Shown here piece by piece: positions 9,756-21,289 of a stretch of 64,000 nt of DNA. Both the position numbers and the translations under genes were made by a program. Origin of the DNA: an uncultured bacterium (GTDB taxonomy: Bacteria; Desulfobacterota_D; UBA1144; Nemesobacterales; UBA2774); contig CAWGRW010000009.1 in the NCBI GenBank assembly GCA_963825135.1, positions 224,001 to 288,000 on the forward strand. Reading direction: 5' to 3'. A model generated the notes under the pieces. It was given only the letters and a program-made list of their open reading frames with translations. It was not told the DNA's origin and ran no database searches. The first letter of the stretch is position 1; each line of letters begins with the position of its first letter.

Positions 9756-11312
9756 TCACTTTCCCGCGTTATACCCGGCGGGCTTGTTATTCCCGGGGAT
9801 GAAGTTCTCTATCCGGACGCTTTTTTTCTCGAGCAGCGTGCCTTTGGCGTATTCGAGCTCGGCGAGCGATATGTTGTAGCTCGTCACGGCCGTGATCTCC
9901 CTCGTGCCCGCGTCGATGAGGTCCCTCTGGGCTTCGAGCACGTCCCGCGTCGTGCCTATCCCCACGTTGAGCCTCTCCTGCTCGTTGCTGACGACTTCCT
10001 CGGCGAGTTTAACCGATTCCTTCGCCGCGTCGATCGCCCGGAGGCTGTTCTCTATCTGCCGTATCGCGCTCCTCACGTCGAGCGCCACGTCGTCCTCGGT
10101 CCGGCTGAGCACGATGTCGCTCCTGTCGAGCTCGGCCGTGGCCTTCACGTAATTCCCCCTCGCGGTCCTGTTGAAGATCGGGAAGCTGAATATGCCGAGC
10201 ACCTGCCATGTCGCGAAGTCCCCGTTCCATAACTGCCTGAACGCGTCGCCCGGGCTGTTGAACTCGGGCGGTATGGGCTCGGGCTGGTCTTCGAAGCTGA
10301 GTCTGTCGGGGTTCTCGTCCCCGCCGAGGCCCTGGAGCTGGAGGCCCCCCTCCACGGCGAGCCTCGGGAGCCGCTGGTTGGAATAGTAGTGCTTGAGCGT
10401 CTTCTTGTTCTCTATGTCGAGCTTCACCTGGTCGATTTCGGGCCTCCGCTCGTAAGCGACCTTGAGCGATTCTTCCTCGCTGAATGTATAGACCGTCGTA
10501 GTCGGCTCGTCCACGGCCGTTATCTTCCGGGCGAGGTCCATTGCGAGGACGTTTTTCAGGTCGTCCTGCGAGGCCTGGAGGTCGTTCTCGGCCCTTATCA
10601 CGTTGACCTCCCTGGCGGCGACCTCGGACTCGGCCTGCGTCACAGAGACCGGCGGCAGGACGCCTACGTCCACCTGTATCTGGTTACGGTTCTTGAGGTC
10701 TACGGCGAGATCGAGCGCGGTCCTCTCGAGCTCCAGGTTCTTCCTCGCCGCCACGACCAGCCAGTAACGCCTTTCGACCTCTAGCAGCACCTGGGATATC
10801 CTTTTTTCGAGCTCCTTCTCCGTAATCCGGCTCGTCCTCTTGGCCGTAACGATGAATGTCCTGTTCACGTCCGCGCCGAAATTCCTGAGCAGCTCCTGCC
10901 CCAGGCTGAAGCCCACGTTGTTGAACCAGCTCGGGCTCAGGTCCTCAAGTGGGTTATTGGTTTTGGTCCAGGTCGTGGAGAAATCGATAAGGTTGTAAAA
11001 CGTGCCCGTAGGCAGCGTCCCGGCTACGTTGGCCTCGGCGCTGAACTCCTTCTGCGTCACGGTTCCGCTCGGTATAAAAGTGCTTAACTCCGGTGTGTCC
11101 CCGTCGTTAAAAAACGACACGATATTGAAGAGCGGGTCGAATTTCCCCTCCTGTGACGTTATTTCCCCTTCCGAGAACAACACGTTTTTTTCCTCTATCT
11201 GTATGTCCCTGTTATTCTCGAGGGCTATCCTCACCGCGTCTTTCAGTGTGAGGTCGAGAGCGCTGTCAGTTCCCGTCATCGAGATCAAAATCAATAAAAA
11301 CATTTTGGTCAT
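9756..11312 (-). CDS. TolC-family outer membrane protein
   Basis: LTLKDAVRIALENN, two OEP-like helical repeats, G..TTRDVLEAQRDL. Confidence 0.9.
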   Translation of the reverse strand: MTKMFLLILISMTGTDSALDLTLKDAVRIALENNRDIQIEEKNVLFSEGEITSQEGKFDPLFNIVSFFNDGDTPELSTFIPSGTVTQKEFSAEANVAGTLPTGTFYNLIDFSTTWTKTNNPLEDLSPSWFNNVGFSLGQELLRNFGADVNRTFIVTAKRTSRITEKELEKRISQVLLEVERRYWLVVAARKNLELERTALDLAVDLKNRNQIQVDVGVLPPVSVTQAESEVAAREVNVIRAENDLQASQDDLKNVLAMDLARKITAVDEPTTTVYTFSEEESLKVAYERRPEIDQVKLDIENKKTLKHYYSNQRLPRLAVEGGLQLQGLGGDENPDRLSFEDQPEPIPPEFNSPGDAFRQLWNGDFATWQVLGIFSFPIFNRTARGNYVKATAELDRSDIVLSRTEDDVALDVRSAIRQIENSLRAIDAAKESVKLAEEVVSNEQERLNVGIGTTRDVLEAQRDLIDAGTREITAVTSYNISLAELEYAKGTLLEKKSVRIENFIPGNNKPAGYNAGK

Positions 11313-11448
11313 CGTAATCTCCTCGAAAGGTACGCTCTACCGGGGATACTTGTTCATGAGTCCGGGCTACATTATTAATTGAACTACTCAGGTTTTCAAT
11401 CGGTCACAATAATCAGCGTTCGATAAGCCGGCCGGAAGCCGGCCAATC

Positions 11449-11498
11449 TTGACACTCCATACCATCGCTGGTAATTTGTAAGTAATTACTTACTTACA
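11449..11498 (+). promoter_or_regulatory. sigma70 promoter of tetR with overlapping 22-bp palindromic operator
   Basis: TTGACA (11449)-17 bp-TAATTT with extended TG; TGTAAGTAA-TTAC-TTACTTACA at 11477-11498. Confidence 0.8.
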
Positions 11499-11518
11499 GC
11501 CTACAGGGATAAAACAAA

Positions 11519-12175
11519 ATGTCAACAGATAAAGCGCTCGAAAAAGCGGCGTCTCCGTCAAGGGAATCAGCGAAAGAAAAAGTAAACACGCACGACAAAA
11601 TACTCGAAGCGGCTATAAAACTTTTCTCCGTAAAAGGGTTCAACGGCACTACGACGAAGGAGATAGCGGAGGCGGCGGAGGTCAACGAAGCCCTTATCTT
11701 CAGGCATTTTTCCACGAAGCGGGACCTCTACGGCGCGATAATCGAGCGGAAGATAAGCGAGGAGCCCGGGATCGAGATGTCTCTTGAGACCCACAGGGAC
11801 TCCAAGGACGACCGTCTCGTATTCACAGCGATCGCGGAGCGGATGTTCGACAAATGCGGCAGGGACCCGAGCTTCATGAGACTGCTGCATTTCAGCGCGC
11901 TCGAGGGGCACGACCTCTCGGACATGTTCTTCGACACCTACGTCGAGTACATCAACATGCTTATCTCCGATTACATAGACACGAGGGTCAAGGACGGCGC
12001 TTTTAAGGGCCTGAACCCACTTTATTCCTCGAAGGCCTTCATAGGGATGGTCGTCAATCAGATAATAGTGCAGGAGCTTTTCGGGGAAAAGAAAAAGAAT
12101 AAAACGGACAATAAAGAATTGATCGGGACCTTCGTCGAAATTTTCCTCGAGGGCATAAAAACGAGTCCGGCCTGA
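11519..12175 (+). CDS. TetR/AcrR-family transcriptional regulator
   Basis: ILEAAIKLFSVKGFNGTTTKEIAEAAEVNEALIFRHFSTKRDL HTH. Confidence 0.95.
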   Translation: MSTDKALEKAASPSRESAKEKVNTHDKILEAAIKLFSVKGFNGTTTKEIAEAAEVNEALIFRHFSTKRDLYGAIIERKISEEPGIEMSLETHRDSKDDRLVFTAIAERMFDKCGRDPSFMRLLHFSALEGHDLSDMFFDTYVEYINMLISDYIDTRVKDGAFKGLNPLYSSKAFIGMVVNQIIVQELFGEKKKNKTDNKELIGTFVEIFLEGIKTSPA

Positions 12176-12386
12176 GACCCCCTTATTTGAATTCGAGCCG
12201 CCCCCGCTGAGAGCCGCCTCCGTTTCGCGAAAGACAATAGCGAGGCCGGATCAGCCCGGAATATATATCACATGATCAGACGCGCCGTTCTTCTTTCCGT
12301 CCCCGAAGCCCCGCGCGAGAGCTACGGGTCAGGTGTCCCGCAAATAATCAATCCGAATACGCGGAATATCCGTATTAATCATCGTA

Positions 12387-13265
12387 ATGAAAATCACGTA
12401 CACCGACTGGATTCCGCTCTTTTTACTCCCAGCGCTCGCCATACTCCTTCTGCGTCCGGCCCTCCCGGCGTGGGGGTTTCTTTTCGCGGTCGCGTTCTCG
12501 ATCTTCTACGGGTTCAAGTGGGCGACGTACAGGAGGGCGCATAGAAGGGGCGCGAGGCCGGGGCCCAAGAGTACAATCGGATATCTCTTCTGCTGGGTGG
12601 GGATGGACGGGGCGGCGTTTTTCGACAGATCGGACGGGGTCCCGAAACCGCCCGCCTCCGAATGGCTGCTCGCTCTCTTCAAGACCTCGCTCGGCCTGGC
12701 GCTCTTCTTCTTCGTCGCCCGCATTTGTTACCCCGCGCATACCCTGACCGCGGGATATATCGGGCTCACCGGCTTCCTGCTTTTCACGTTCTTCGGCACG
12801 TTCCACCTGTTGTCGCTTTACTGGAGGCGGCGCGGCGTGAACGCGGTCCCGATAATGAACTCGCCCCTCCGCCCCTCCTCCCTCTCCGATTTCTGGAGCA
12901 GCAGGTGGAACCTCGCGTTCAGGGACATAGACCGCGCGTTCGTGTTCAGGCCGGTCTTGAGGAGATGGGGCGTCGTATACGCGGTCCTGGCCGCGTTCGC
13001 GTTCTCGGGCATACTCCACGACCTCCTCATATCGCTTCCCGCGGGCGCGTGGTACGGCCTCCCCACGCTCTACTTTCTCATCCAGGCCGGAGGGGTGTTC
13101 ATAGAGAAATCGGGTTACGGAGTGAGGGCGGGAATTAACCGCGGACTCAGGGGATGGCTCTTCGCCGCGGTCTTTATTCTCGTCCCGATCGTTTTACTCT
13201 TTCACCCGCCGTCGATCGAGAACTGCCTGCTCCCCTTCATGAAGGCGCTCCGCGCCCTCGGGTGA
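12387..13265 (+). CDS. Membrane-bound O-acyltransferase (MBOAT_2 / wax synthase-like)
   Basis: SSLSDFWSSRWN, FAFSGILHD, many TM segments. Confidence 0.85.
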   Translation: MKITYTDWIPLFLLPALAILLLRPALPAWGFLFAVAFSIFYGFKWATYRRAHRRGARPGPKSTIGYLFCWVGMDGAAFFDRSDGVPKPPASEWLLALFKTSLGLALFFFVARICYPAHTLTAGYIGLTGFLLFTFFGTFHLLSLYWRRRGVNAVPIMNSPLRPSSLSDFWSSRWNLAFRDIDRAFVFRPVLRRWGVVYAVLAAFAFSGILHDLLISLPAGAWYGLPTLYFLIQAGGVFIEKSGYGVRAGINRGLRGWLFAAVFILVPIVLLFHPPSIENCLLPFMKALRALG

Positions 13266-13327
13266 CCCGGTGGACTTGCCGCCCGGCCGCCGTTAAACTG
13301 AACCCGAAGGCAGTGGAGGGCCCGACC

Positions 13328-13936
13328 GTGCTGTTCTCCGTAAAAAAAAGCGCCCTACTTTCGCTCGCGCTTACGCTCGTGTTCGCGTCGGTCTCCATCC
13401 TTCTGAAACATCTCCTGGGCCTCGACTGGAATCCGCATATCGGCGGAACGGCCCCTAAGCAGTTTTTGTCGGGCCTCGGGTTGATACTGGCGTCCGACTT
13501 CTCGATCACCCTCCTGCTCGTGACCATATTTCATACGGCGTTCGTCCGTCTTTCGATGGAGCTTGCGCAATACTTCAGCCCTCAGGGCGTATACGCGATA
13601 CTGGCGGGGGGCCTCCTCGCCGGGAGCGAGGAGATGTTCTTCCGGGGGATACTCCTCCGGTACATGATTGAGACTCTTAACACCGGGGTCTATTACGCAG
13701 TGATAGCGTCCGCGGTAATATTCGGCTTATTCCACGTCATAAGAAATAAACGCCTCGCGCTCTTCGCAATCTGGGCGGTCTGGGAGGGCGTCATACTCGG
13801 AGCGGTGTATGTATATACGGATTCCCTTCCCGTCACGATGGCAGTGCACGCGGCCCACGATGTGCTGGGGTTCGCGCTTTTTTCCCTCCGGAGGAGACGC
13901 GGGTTTCTCTTGCAGAAAAAACACCCGGGGTTTTGA
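13328..13936 (+). CDS. CPBP/Abi-family intramembrane glutamic protease
   Basis: EEMFFRG, FGLFH, HAAHD; GGAGG before GTG 13328. Confidence 0.85.
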   Translation: MLFSVKKSALLSLALTLVFASVSILLKHLLGLDWNPHIGGTAPKQFLSGLGLILASDFSITLLLVTIFHTAFVRLSMELAQYFSPQGVYAILAGGLLAGSEEMFFRGILLRYMIETLNTGVYYAVIASAVIFGLFHVIRNKRLALFAIWAVWEGVILGAVYVYTDSLPVTMAVHAAHDVLGFALFSLRRRRGFLLQKKHPGF

Positions 13937-13995
13937 GCGGCGATATAGATGGTAAAATGTTACTCCTTAGAATTTTTACACCCGGGGAGTGATAT

Positions 13996-14991
13996 ATGAA
14001 TTTCGAATCCGAGCTAAAAGTGGCCGTCGAAGCGGTGAGGAAGGCGTGCGGGCTATGCGTAGGCGTGCAGTCCTCGCTCGTTTCCGAAAAAACGGTAACG
14101 AAGAAGGATGACTCTCCGGTCACGATCGCCGATTTCGGGGCGCAGGCGGTTATCTGTCACGAGCTTATGAAATCGTTCCCCGGCATACCCATAGTGGCCG
14201 AAGAGGACTCGGCCGAATTGAGGTCGGAGGAAGGCCTCACCGCGCGAGTGCTAGAATTCGCGTCCGAGGTGTTTCCGGGCATGGACGAAGAGGGCCTCGT
14301 CGCGGCGATTGACTCCGGGGACTCAGGCGGAGGCAAGTGCGGCAGGTTCTGGACGCTCGACCCGATAGACGGGACAACGGGTTTTTTAAGGGGCGAGCAA
14401 TATGCGGTCGCCCTCGCGCTCATCGAGGACGGCCGGGTAGTGCTGGGCGTGCTCGGATGCCCGAGCCTGCCGCTCGATCTCAAGCATCCGGACAGAGACA
14501 AGGGCTGCATACTCACCGCGGTCAGGGGCGGGGGTTCATCCATGCGCCCCCTCGGGCATAACACGCCGAAACTCATAGCGGTCTCCGACATAGACGACCC
14601 GAGACACGCGCCTTTCTGCGAGTCGGTCGAATCCGCCCACTCCTCTCACGGGGATTCCGCGCGCATAGCGGAGCTCCTCGGAGTGAAGGCGCCGCCGATC
14701 AGGATAGACAGCCAGTGCAAGTACGCCGTGCTCGCGCGGGGCGACGCGTCCATTTATCTGAGACTCCCGACGAAGAAAGACTACGTCGAGAAGATATGGG
14801 ACCACGCGGCGGGCTCGATAATCGTCGAGGAAGCGGGCGGGGTAGTGACGGACGCGCGCGGTCGGGAACTCGACTTCTCTTTGGGCAGGACCCTTTCGGG
14901 CAATAAAGGCATAGTCGCGACGAACGGACTAATCCACGGGAGAGTACTCGACGCGGTAAGGGAGGTTCTCGGCTCCGGGGCAGAGGGCTGA
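13996..14991 (+). CDS. 3'(2'),5'-bisphosphate nucleotidase (HAL2-like, inositol monophosphatase superfamily)
   Basis: KDDSPVTIADFGAQA, FWTLDPIDGT, DSQCKY, EKIWDHAAG. Confidence 0.92.
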   Translation: MNFESELKVAVEAVRKACGLCVGVQSSLVSEKTVTKKDDSPVTIADFGAQAVICHELMKSFPGIPIVAEEDSAELRSEEGLTARVLEFASEVFPGMDEEGLVAAIDSGDSGGGKCGRFWTLDPIDGTTGFLRGEQYAVALALIEDGRVVLGVLGCPSLPLDLKHPDRDKGCILTAVRGGGSSMRPLGHNTPKLIAVSDIDDPRHAPFCESVESAHSSHGDSARIAELLGVKAPPIRIDSQCKYAVLARGDASIYLRLPTKKDYVEKIWDHAAGSIIVEEAGGVVTDARGRELDFSLGRTLSGNKGIVATNGLIHGRVLDAVREVLGSGAEG

Positions 14992-15002
14992 CATACCGGG
15001 CT

Positions 15003-15997
15003 TCAATCCCTGCACTTGAACCCCGCCGAGACCTCGTCCAGATAGGCGATGTCGTCTTCCGAAAGCCTGAAATCCATCGCCCCCGCGTTCTCCCCCGCCT
15101 GCTCCGCGCTCGTAGCGCCGGGAATGACCACTACGCACTCACCGTGGAAATTCAGGAGCCAGTTAAGGGCCGCCTGAGAGGGCGTCGCGCTGTATTTAGC
15201 CGCGACTCTCTTGATGGCCTCCGCGACGGGCCTCGATTTTTCGAGACTCGCCTTGTTGAGTGATCCGTAAAACCTCCTGAAAAAATTCCTCTCGCTCACC
15301 GTCTCAGGGCGGTCGTGGAACTTGCCCGTAAGGAGCCCCCGAGCGAGCGGCGAGTACGCTATGACGGTCACGCCCAGGTCTTTCGCCGCCCCTAGCACCC
15401 CGTTCGTTTCTATCTCCCGCCGGAGCATGCTGTAATTCACCTGGTTTGAAACGAGGGCGAGGCCGAGACGAGAGAGCTCCATGTGCGCCTTCCTCATTCC
15501 GTCGGCCGAGAAGTTGCTGACCCCGACGTGCCTTACCTTTCCGCTCCCCGCGAGCTCCGCCATCTCCCGCATCTGTGAGCCGATGGAAGAGAATGAAAAT
15601 GGATTGTGTATCTGATGGAGGTCTATGTATTCCGTATCGAGGGACCGGAGCCTGTCGTCGATTGTCTTCCCGATCGATCCCGCCGTCCTGAACAAGGGCC
15701 ACCATTTGGTGGCTATGACGGCGCTCTCCCTCGGCACTTTCAATTCCGCTAAGCGCCCGTGAGAGCGCTTTCTCCGACTCCCCCCAGCCGTAGAGCTCGG
15801 CCGTGTCGAACCAGTTTATCCCGCCTTCGACCGACACCCTCACTATCTCCCTTATCATCGTCAGCGCTCAGGGGCGGCCAGAGGAGCCCCGACATCCCCT
15901 TGCCGCGGCTGAACTGGACGCAACCGAGCCCGACGGGCGAGACGAACATGTCCGACGTGCCGAGCCTCCTCTTATCGCGCGTGTGCTCTCGTTTCAT
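15003..15997 (-). CDS. Aldo/keto reductase, split by two +1 frameshifts (~15860 and ~15745)
   Basis: VSPVGLG, FDTAELYG, IATKW, IDLHQIH, VGVSNF and AYSPLARGLLTG spread over three consecutive frames. Confidence 0.85.
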
Positions 15998-16045
15998 CAG
16001 GCTCCTTCTCTTTTAATCGACGGGGAATTTACATATAATAGCCGT

Positions 16046-16817
16046 ATGACCGCCCGAAGACGAATCATAGACCTCGGCATAACGGTCGAGCCCGCGCCCG
16101 GACCCGAGCACCAGAGGCTCGAAATTAAAGTACGAGAGGCACGAGGACACGGCCGAGTACATGATGATGAGGTTCGAGTGCGAGCGAAAAGACCTCCCCG
16201 GCGGCCTCGGGTGGGCAAACGAGTACGTCACGCTCGGCACCCACGTGGGTACGCACATGGACGCGCCCTGGCACTATCATCCGGTATCCGAGGGGAAGAA
16301 GGCCAGGACCATAGACGAGCTTCCGGTCGAGTGGTTTTACGGGGACGGGGTGGTTATAGACATGAGGCATAAGAAGCCCGGAGAGCTCATTACCACGGCC
16401 GATCTGAAAAAGGCCCTCCTAGATATCGGTTACGAGCTCAAGCCGTTCGACATCGTCCTGGTGATGACCGGGGCCGACAGGCTCTGGGGGACGAAGGAGT
16501 ACTGGTCCCGGTTCCCCGGTCTCGGGCGGGAGTCCACGCTATGGCTCGCGTCTCGGGGCGTGAAGGTGATGGGGACGGACTCGGCAGGGTGGGACAGGCC
16601 GTTTCCGGCGATGGTCGAGGAATTCAAAAGCACGGGGGATTCGAGCGTCATCTGGGGGGCGCATTTCGCCGGGATAGAGAGGGAATACTGCCAGATGGAA
16701 AAGCTCACGAACCTCGACCTGCTGCCGCCTTACGGGTTTAAGGTCGCGTGCCCTCCTGTGAAGATTCTAAACGCGAGCGCCGGGTGGGTCAGGCCTATAG
16801 CGATTATCGGGGATTAG
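16046..16817 (+). CDS. Cyclase-family metal-dependent hydrolase with a +1 frameshift near 16128
   Basis: MTARRRIIDLG N-terminus in one frame; HVGTHMDAPWHY and EKLTNLDLLP in the next. Confidence 0.85.
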
Positions 16818-17364
16818 TCCGCTCTGCCGCCCCCTCCTTGGGAGAGGCGAAAACCACGGTCCAGTAAGTCCTGTTTTTGGTGTCCTTGTTGTGAAAGCAC
16901 GCGCCGCCTATCTCGGTGTAGCTCGCCGTCATTATGTTCTCGCAGTGATCAGGGCTCACGAGCCAGGCGGCCACGACCTCCTCCGAGCTCTCTCTCCCCG
17001 CCGATATGTTCTCGCCGACGCTCGTCCACTCGTAGCCGAGCTCCTCCACCCTCTCGTCCACCTCGCTCCCGTCGGAGCCCCTGTGGCTGACGAAATCCCC
17101 TGTCGCCATATCTACGGAATGCGCGAGCGCGGCTCTGGCCAGCGTCGGGCTCCACGTGACCTCCCCCGCTGGCGTGTATATCTTGTAGCCGCAGTTCCTG
17201 CTCTGCGCCCTCGCCCTGTTTATGAGCACGAGCATCTTTTCCTTTATGACGTCGAAATCCTCGCACCGGTAGGAGTCATTCGCGAGGACGTAAACGATCT
17301 CGTTATTTTTCCCGCAGCCGCAGAAAAGCATAACGACTGCCGTAATGGCTAGCAGTCTCGTCAA
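16804..17364 (-). CDS. CAP (SCP-like) domain lipoprotein
   Basis: Lipobox-like FCGC; HSVDM, GENISAG, WLVSPDHCENIM. Confidence 0.88.
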   Translation of the reverse strand: MTRLLAITAVVMLFCGCGKNNEIVYVLANDSYRCEDFDVIKEKMLVLINRARAQSRNCGYKIYTPAGEVTWSPTLARAALAHSVDMATGDFVSHRGSDGSEVDERVEELGYEWTSVGENISAGRESSEEVVAAWLVSPDHCENIMTASYTEIGGACFHNKDTKNRTYWTVVFASPKEGAAERTNPR

Positions 17365-17410
17365 GGCCTGTATTATACTCGGCGCGCCCGATAATTACAC
17401 CGTATATTCT

Positions 17411-18052
17411 TTAGTGACCGGCCGCCGCGGCAGCCCCCCAGTATTCCGCGATGAACTGGTCCCTGCCCGAGCCCGACCTGTAGCTTTTATACCTGACCGG
17501 GTCCTTCATGTAGAATTTTTGATGGTAGTCCTCGGCCGGGTAGAACGCGGTCGCCTCGACTATCTCGACCACCACGGGCTTATCGAACCTGCCCGACTTA
17601 TCCAGTTTCTCTTTGGACGCCTCGGCCGCCTTCCTCTGGGCTTCGTCGTGATAGAAGATAGCGGGCCTGTACTGATTCCCCCTGTCCACGAACTGCCCGC
17701 CCGCGTCCGTCGGGTCTATGTTCATCCAGTACACGTCGAGGATCTCTTCGTACGTCACCTTCTTCGGGTCGTAAACTATCTCTATCGACTCCGCGTGCCC
17801 GGTCTTCCCGTAGGATACCTGCTGGTACGTCGGGTCTTTCTCCTTCCCGCCCGTATACCCGACCGTGGTCCTCACGACGCCTTCGAGCTTGTCGAAAGGG
17901 GGCTGAATGCACCAGAAGCACCCGCCGGCGAAAGTGGCCGTCTCAAAGTTAGCATCCTGCGTCTGAGACTTTGCGCCGTTTTCCTCCGCGCGGAGCATTC
18001 CGCCTGACCCCAGAGCAAGCAGTAAAACGAATACAACCGATAATCTTCTCAT
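17411..18052 (-). CDS. msrA: Secreted peptide methionine sulfoxide reductase A
   Basis: FAGGCFWC, GHAE, FYPAEDYHQ; signal peptide. Confidence 0.95.
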   Translation of the reverse strand: MRRLSVVFVLLLALGSGGMLRAEENGAKSQTQDANFETATFAGGCFWCIQPPFDKLEGVVRTTVGYTGGKEKDPTYQQVSYGKTGHAESIEIVYDPKKVTYEEILDVYWMNIDPTDAGGQFVDRGNQYRPAIFYHDEAQRKAAEASKEKLDKSGRFDKPVVVEIVEATAFYPAEDYHQKFYMKDPVRYKSYRSGSGRDQFIAEYWGAAAAAGH

Positions 18053-18215
18053 GTCGTCTCCCGTTCGTTGATAAAAATCGTCCGTTATTTAGAGCTTTCC
18101 CCTTCCCGTAGTATATATACGCTCCCTGCCAGGAAATGGTTTTAAGGTTTATTTGATCGTGAGATGGATTCCGGCGTCTCCCTGACGAGCCGGAAGCGCG
18201 GAAAAGCGCGCGGCT

Positions 18216-19589
18216 TCAGCTGAGGAGCCCCCACTTCTTCATGCGGTACCTGAGCACCTCGCGGGTGATTCCCAGCATCTCGGCAGTCCTCGTCTGATTC
18301 CAGTTATTGAGCTCTAGCGCCCTCGTTATAACCTTCTTTTCAATTTTATAGAGGGACGCTTCCTCGAGCGGGACGTCGATTACCATCTTATCGCTTGAAT
18401 TCTGAACCTTGAGGCTCTCCCCCTCCTCGAGCATTATATATTTGGGATTGAGCACCCCGTCCTCGCTCAGGAGCGCGGCCCTCTCGAGGGTGCTCCGGAG
18501 CTCCCTCACGTTCCCGGGCCAGTTGTAATTCATGAACGTCATCCTCACCTCGTCGGGGATAACGGCGATGTTCTTGTTGAGGTCCGTGTTGAAATAATTT
18601 ACGAAATGGTCGATGAGTTCGGGGATGTCCTCTTTCCTGTCCCTGAGCGCCGGCATCTCGAAGCTTATCACCCTCAGCCTGTGATAGAGGTCTTCCCTGA
18701 ATTCGCTGTGCTTGACGAGAGACTTGAGGTCGTGGTTCGTCGCCGCTATGACGGAGAGGTCGACCGAGATGTCTCTGTTGCCCCCGAGTCTCCTGAAAGA
18801 GCGCTCCTCGACCGCCTTGACGAGCTTCGCCTGAAGCGAGAGGCTCATATCCCCGATCTCGTCGAGGAATACGGTCCCGCCGTCCGCCTGCTCCAGTATC
18901 CCCTTCTTCATCTTCTTCGCGTCGGTGAACGCGCCCGCTTCATGGCCGAAGAGCTCGCTCTCGAGGAGCGTCTCCGGTATGGCCGCGCAGTTTATCTCTA
19001 TGAACGGGCCCTGTTTCCTCATCCCGTTGTAATGGAGGATCTTAGCCGCAAGCCCCTTCCCGGTCCCGCTTTCACCCGTGATGAGGATAGTCTTCGGGTC
19101 GGATTCCGTGAGCTTCTTGATCAGTTTTTTCAGCTCCGTTACGGACGCGCTCGTGCCTATGAGGGTCTCAAACCCGTATTTTTCCTGGGCCCTCATCGCG
19201 GCCGCGCTCAGGCTGTTCTTGAGCTCGCTCGTTTTGAGCGCGTTACGGACCATTACCTTGAGCTTGTCGAGCGGAAACGGCTTCTCTATGAAGTCGTACG
19301 CCCCCACCCTTATGGCGGTGACCGCGACTTCCACGTTGCCGTGCGCGGTCATCATGATGGTTGTAGGGGGGTGCTCCCACTTCGAGAACGTTTTCAGCAC
19401 CTCGAGCCCGTCCTTGTCCGGGAGCTTCAGGTCGAGCAGCACGAGGTCCGGGTCCTCCCTCTTCGCGAGGTCGATCCCCTCTTCCGCTTCGAACGATGTG
19501 ATGACCGAATACCCCTCCTGCGTGAGCGCCTTGTGAAGCTGCTTGCACAAAAGCCTTTCGTCTTCGATGATCAGTATGAGTGAGCTCAT
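18216..19589 (-). CDS. sigma54-dependent response regulator (NtrC/AtoC family)
   Basis: REC domain, [21 protein letters not shown], Fis-type HTH. Confidence 0.95.
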   Translation of the reverse strand: MSSLILIIEDERLLCKQLHKALTQEGYSVITSFEAEEGIDLAKREDPDLVLLDLKLPDKDGLEVLKTFSKWEHPPTTIMMTAHGNVEVAVTAIRVGAYDFIEKPFPLDKLKVMVRNALKTSELKNSLSAAAMRAQEKYGFETLIGTSASVTELKKLIKKLTESDPKTILITGESGTGKGLAAKILHYNGMRKQGPFIEINCAAIPETLLESELFGHEAGAFTDAKKMKKGILEQADGGTVFLDEIGDMSLSLQAKLVKAVEERSFRRLGGNRDISVDLSVIAATNHDLKSLVKHSEFREDLYHRLRVISFEMPALRDRKEDIPELIDHFVNYFNTDLNKNIAVIPDEVRMTFMNYNWPGNVRELRSTLERAALLSEDGVLNPKYIMLEEGESLKVQNSSDKMVIDVPLEEASLYKIEKKVITRALELNNWNQTRTAEMLGITREVLRYRMKKWGLLS

Positions 19590-19620
19590 TTTATGCTTTA
19601 TATTCTCCGCCGCCTTACGG

Positions 19621-20952
19621 TCAATTGAGTTTAGGATTATCCCCGGCCTGCTTCCCGGAATTTTTGTCTTCCGCGCCGGGCTCCCTGTTCAGATCGTTCG
19701 GTATTTCCAGCACGAACGTGGACCCCTCGCCGAGACGGCTTGTAATGTGCAGCTTCCCCTTGTGAGCCTCCACAATCCTGCTCGAAATAGCAAGCCCGAG
19801 CCCCGTCCCGGTCTCCTTCGTGGAATAGAACGGCTGGAGAATCTTCTCCATCTCGTCCTCAGGCACTCCGCAGCCCGTGTCGGAGACCGAGATTTCGATC
19901 GAGCCGTTGTTGCTCTTCGTCTCCACCCTCACCTCGCCCCTGCTCCCGGTGGCGTCGATCCCGTTAATGAGCAGGTTCAGAACGACCTGCTCTATCTGCT
20001 CGTGATCCACGTAAAAGCTGCCGGCGCAGGCGAGGTCCTTTTTTATGGTTATCCCCTTTTCCTTCGCCTTCATGCTCACCAGGTTGAGCGCCCTCTCCAC
20101 TATATCGTTCGGGGTGCATTCGATGAGCTGGATGCTCTTCGGATGCCCGAGCTGGAAGAGCCCTTTTACTATCCGTTCCAGCCTCGATATCTCGTTGAGT
20201 ATGTCCCTGATAGTCTGTTTGTGCTCCTCGTTCTCGGTCTCGTCCTTCATAAGCTCAAGCGCGAGCCCTATCCCCGAGAGCGGGTTCCTCACCTCGTGCG
20301 CGACGCCCGTGGCGAGCTCTCCTATCGCCGCGAGCTTCTCTGACTTCATCAGCTCCCAGTGCTTCTCCTCTATTTCCCTGGTCGCCTGCGCGATCTCCGA
20401 TTCCAGGAGCTCGTTGAACCTCCGGGTCGTCTCCAGGAGCTTCATTATCTCCTCGTTCTTCTTCTGGAGCTCCCTGTTGTTCCTCTCGATGTTGTCTATC
20501 ATGTTGTTAAAAGCCTTTACGAGCGTATCTATCTCGCTCGAGGTCTTGGCGTTCTTCAGTCTGACCGAGTAATCCCCTCCCGCCACGGATTCAGCGGCGT
20601 TGAAGAGGCTCTGTATCGGCTTCGTTATCATCCTCGGGATGATAATGGTGAGCACTATGCCGAACAGCATCGTCACTCCCACGACGGAAAGCACCATGAC
20701 GTATGAATATTTTATTTGCTTGTCGGAGATCCTTATGGCTTCGAGGAGCATCTCGTTGGCGAATATCCCCTGCTTCCCCTCCTCTTTTTCGCCCAGTATC
20801 TTCGAGAGGGTGTTGTACCTGCCCCGTATGTTCGAGGCGGTTTTGTCGAGATTATAGATGCTGTAAACGGAGAGCCCGCTGACAAGCAGCATAAAGAAAA
20901 ACATCAGGGCGTATCCGAGAGTAATTTGTTTACTGAGGTTCAAGGGACTCAC
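19621..20952 (-). CDS. HAMP-domain sensor histidine kinase
   Basis: Two TM helices, HAMP, AHEVRNPL, NLLING, DTGCG, GTGLGLAI. Confidence 0.95.
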   Translation of the reverse strand: MSPLNLSKQITLGYALMFFFMLLVSGLSVYSIYNLDKTASNIRGRYNTLSKILGEKEEGKQGIFANEMLLEAIRISDKQIKYSYVMVLSVVGVTMLFGIVLTIIIPRMITKPIQSLFNAAESVAGGDYSVRLKNAKTSSEIDTLVKAFNNMIDNIERNNRELQKKNEEIMKLLETTRRFNELLESEIAQATREIEEKHWELMKSEKLAAIGELATGVAHEVRNPLSGIGLALELMKDETENEEHKQTIRDILNEISRLERIVKGLFQLGHPKSIQLIECTPNDIVERALNLVSMKAKEKGITIKKDLACAGSFYVDHEQIEQVVLNLLINGIDATGSRGEVRVETKSNNGSIEISVSDTGCGVPEDEMEKILQPFYSTKETGTGLGLAISSRIVEAHKGKLHITSRLGEGSTFVLEIPNDLNREPGAEDKNSGKQAGDNPKLN

Positions 20953-21289
20953 ACCGCATAATATCCGCGAATCTATCCATAAAAAATTTTACCTGTTATT
21001 GGGGTCAACTCATATCTAAATTTCATATGCCGGTGTAGGATTTCGATATCGCCGCCTGAAAACAGCCCTGCGCCGGTACTAATTATAGACCCGCAGCCGT
21101 CTTTTACGTAAGAGTACCCGAAATGGAGCGCGGACTCCCTCCCGGGGGATTCCGGGGCCGCACACCCCCCCTCGCGAATCGTTCGACAGATTGCCTGCCC
21201 GCGGAAAAGTACGCCGGATTTATGATATGGATAAATCCGCAAAATCTGGTAGAGTATTAGCCCTTGGGTGGTTACTCCAATCCCGTAAC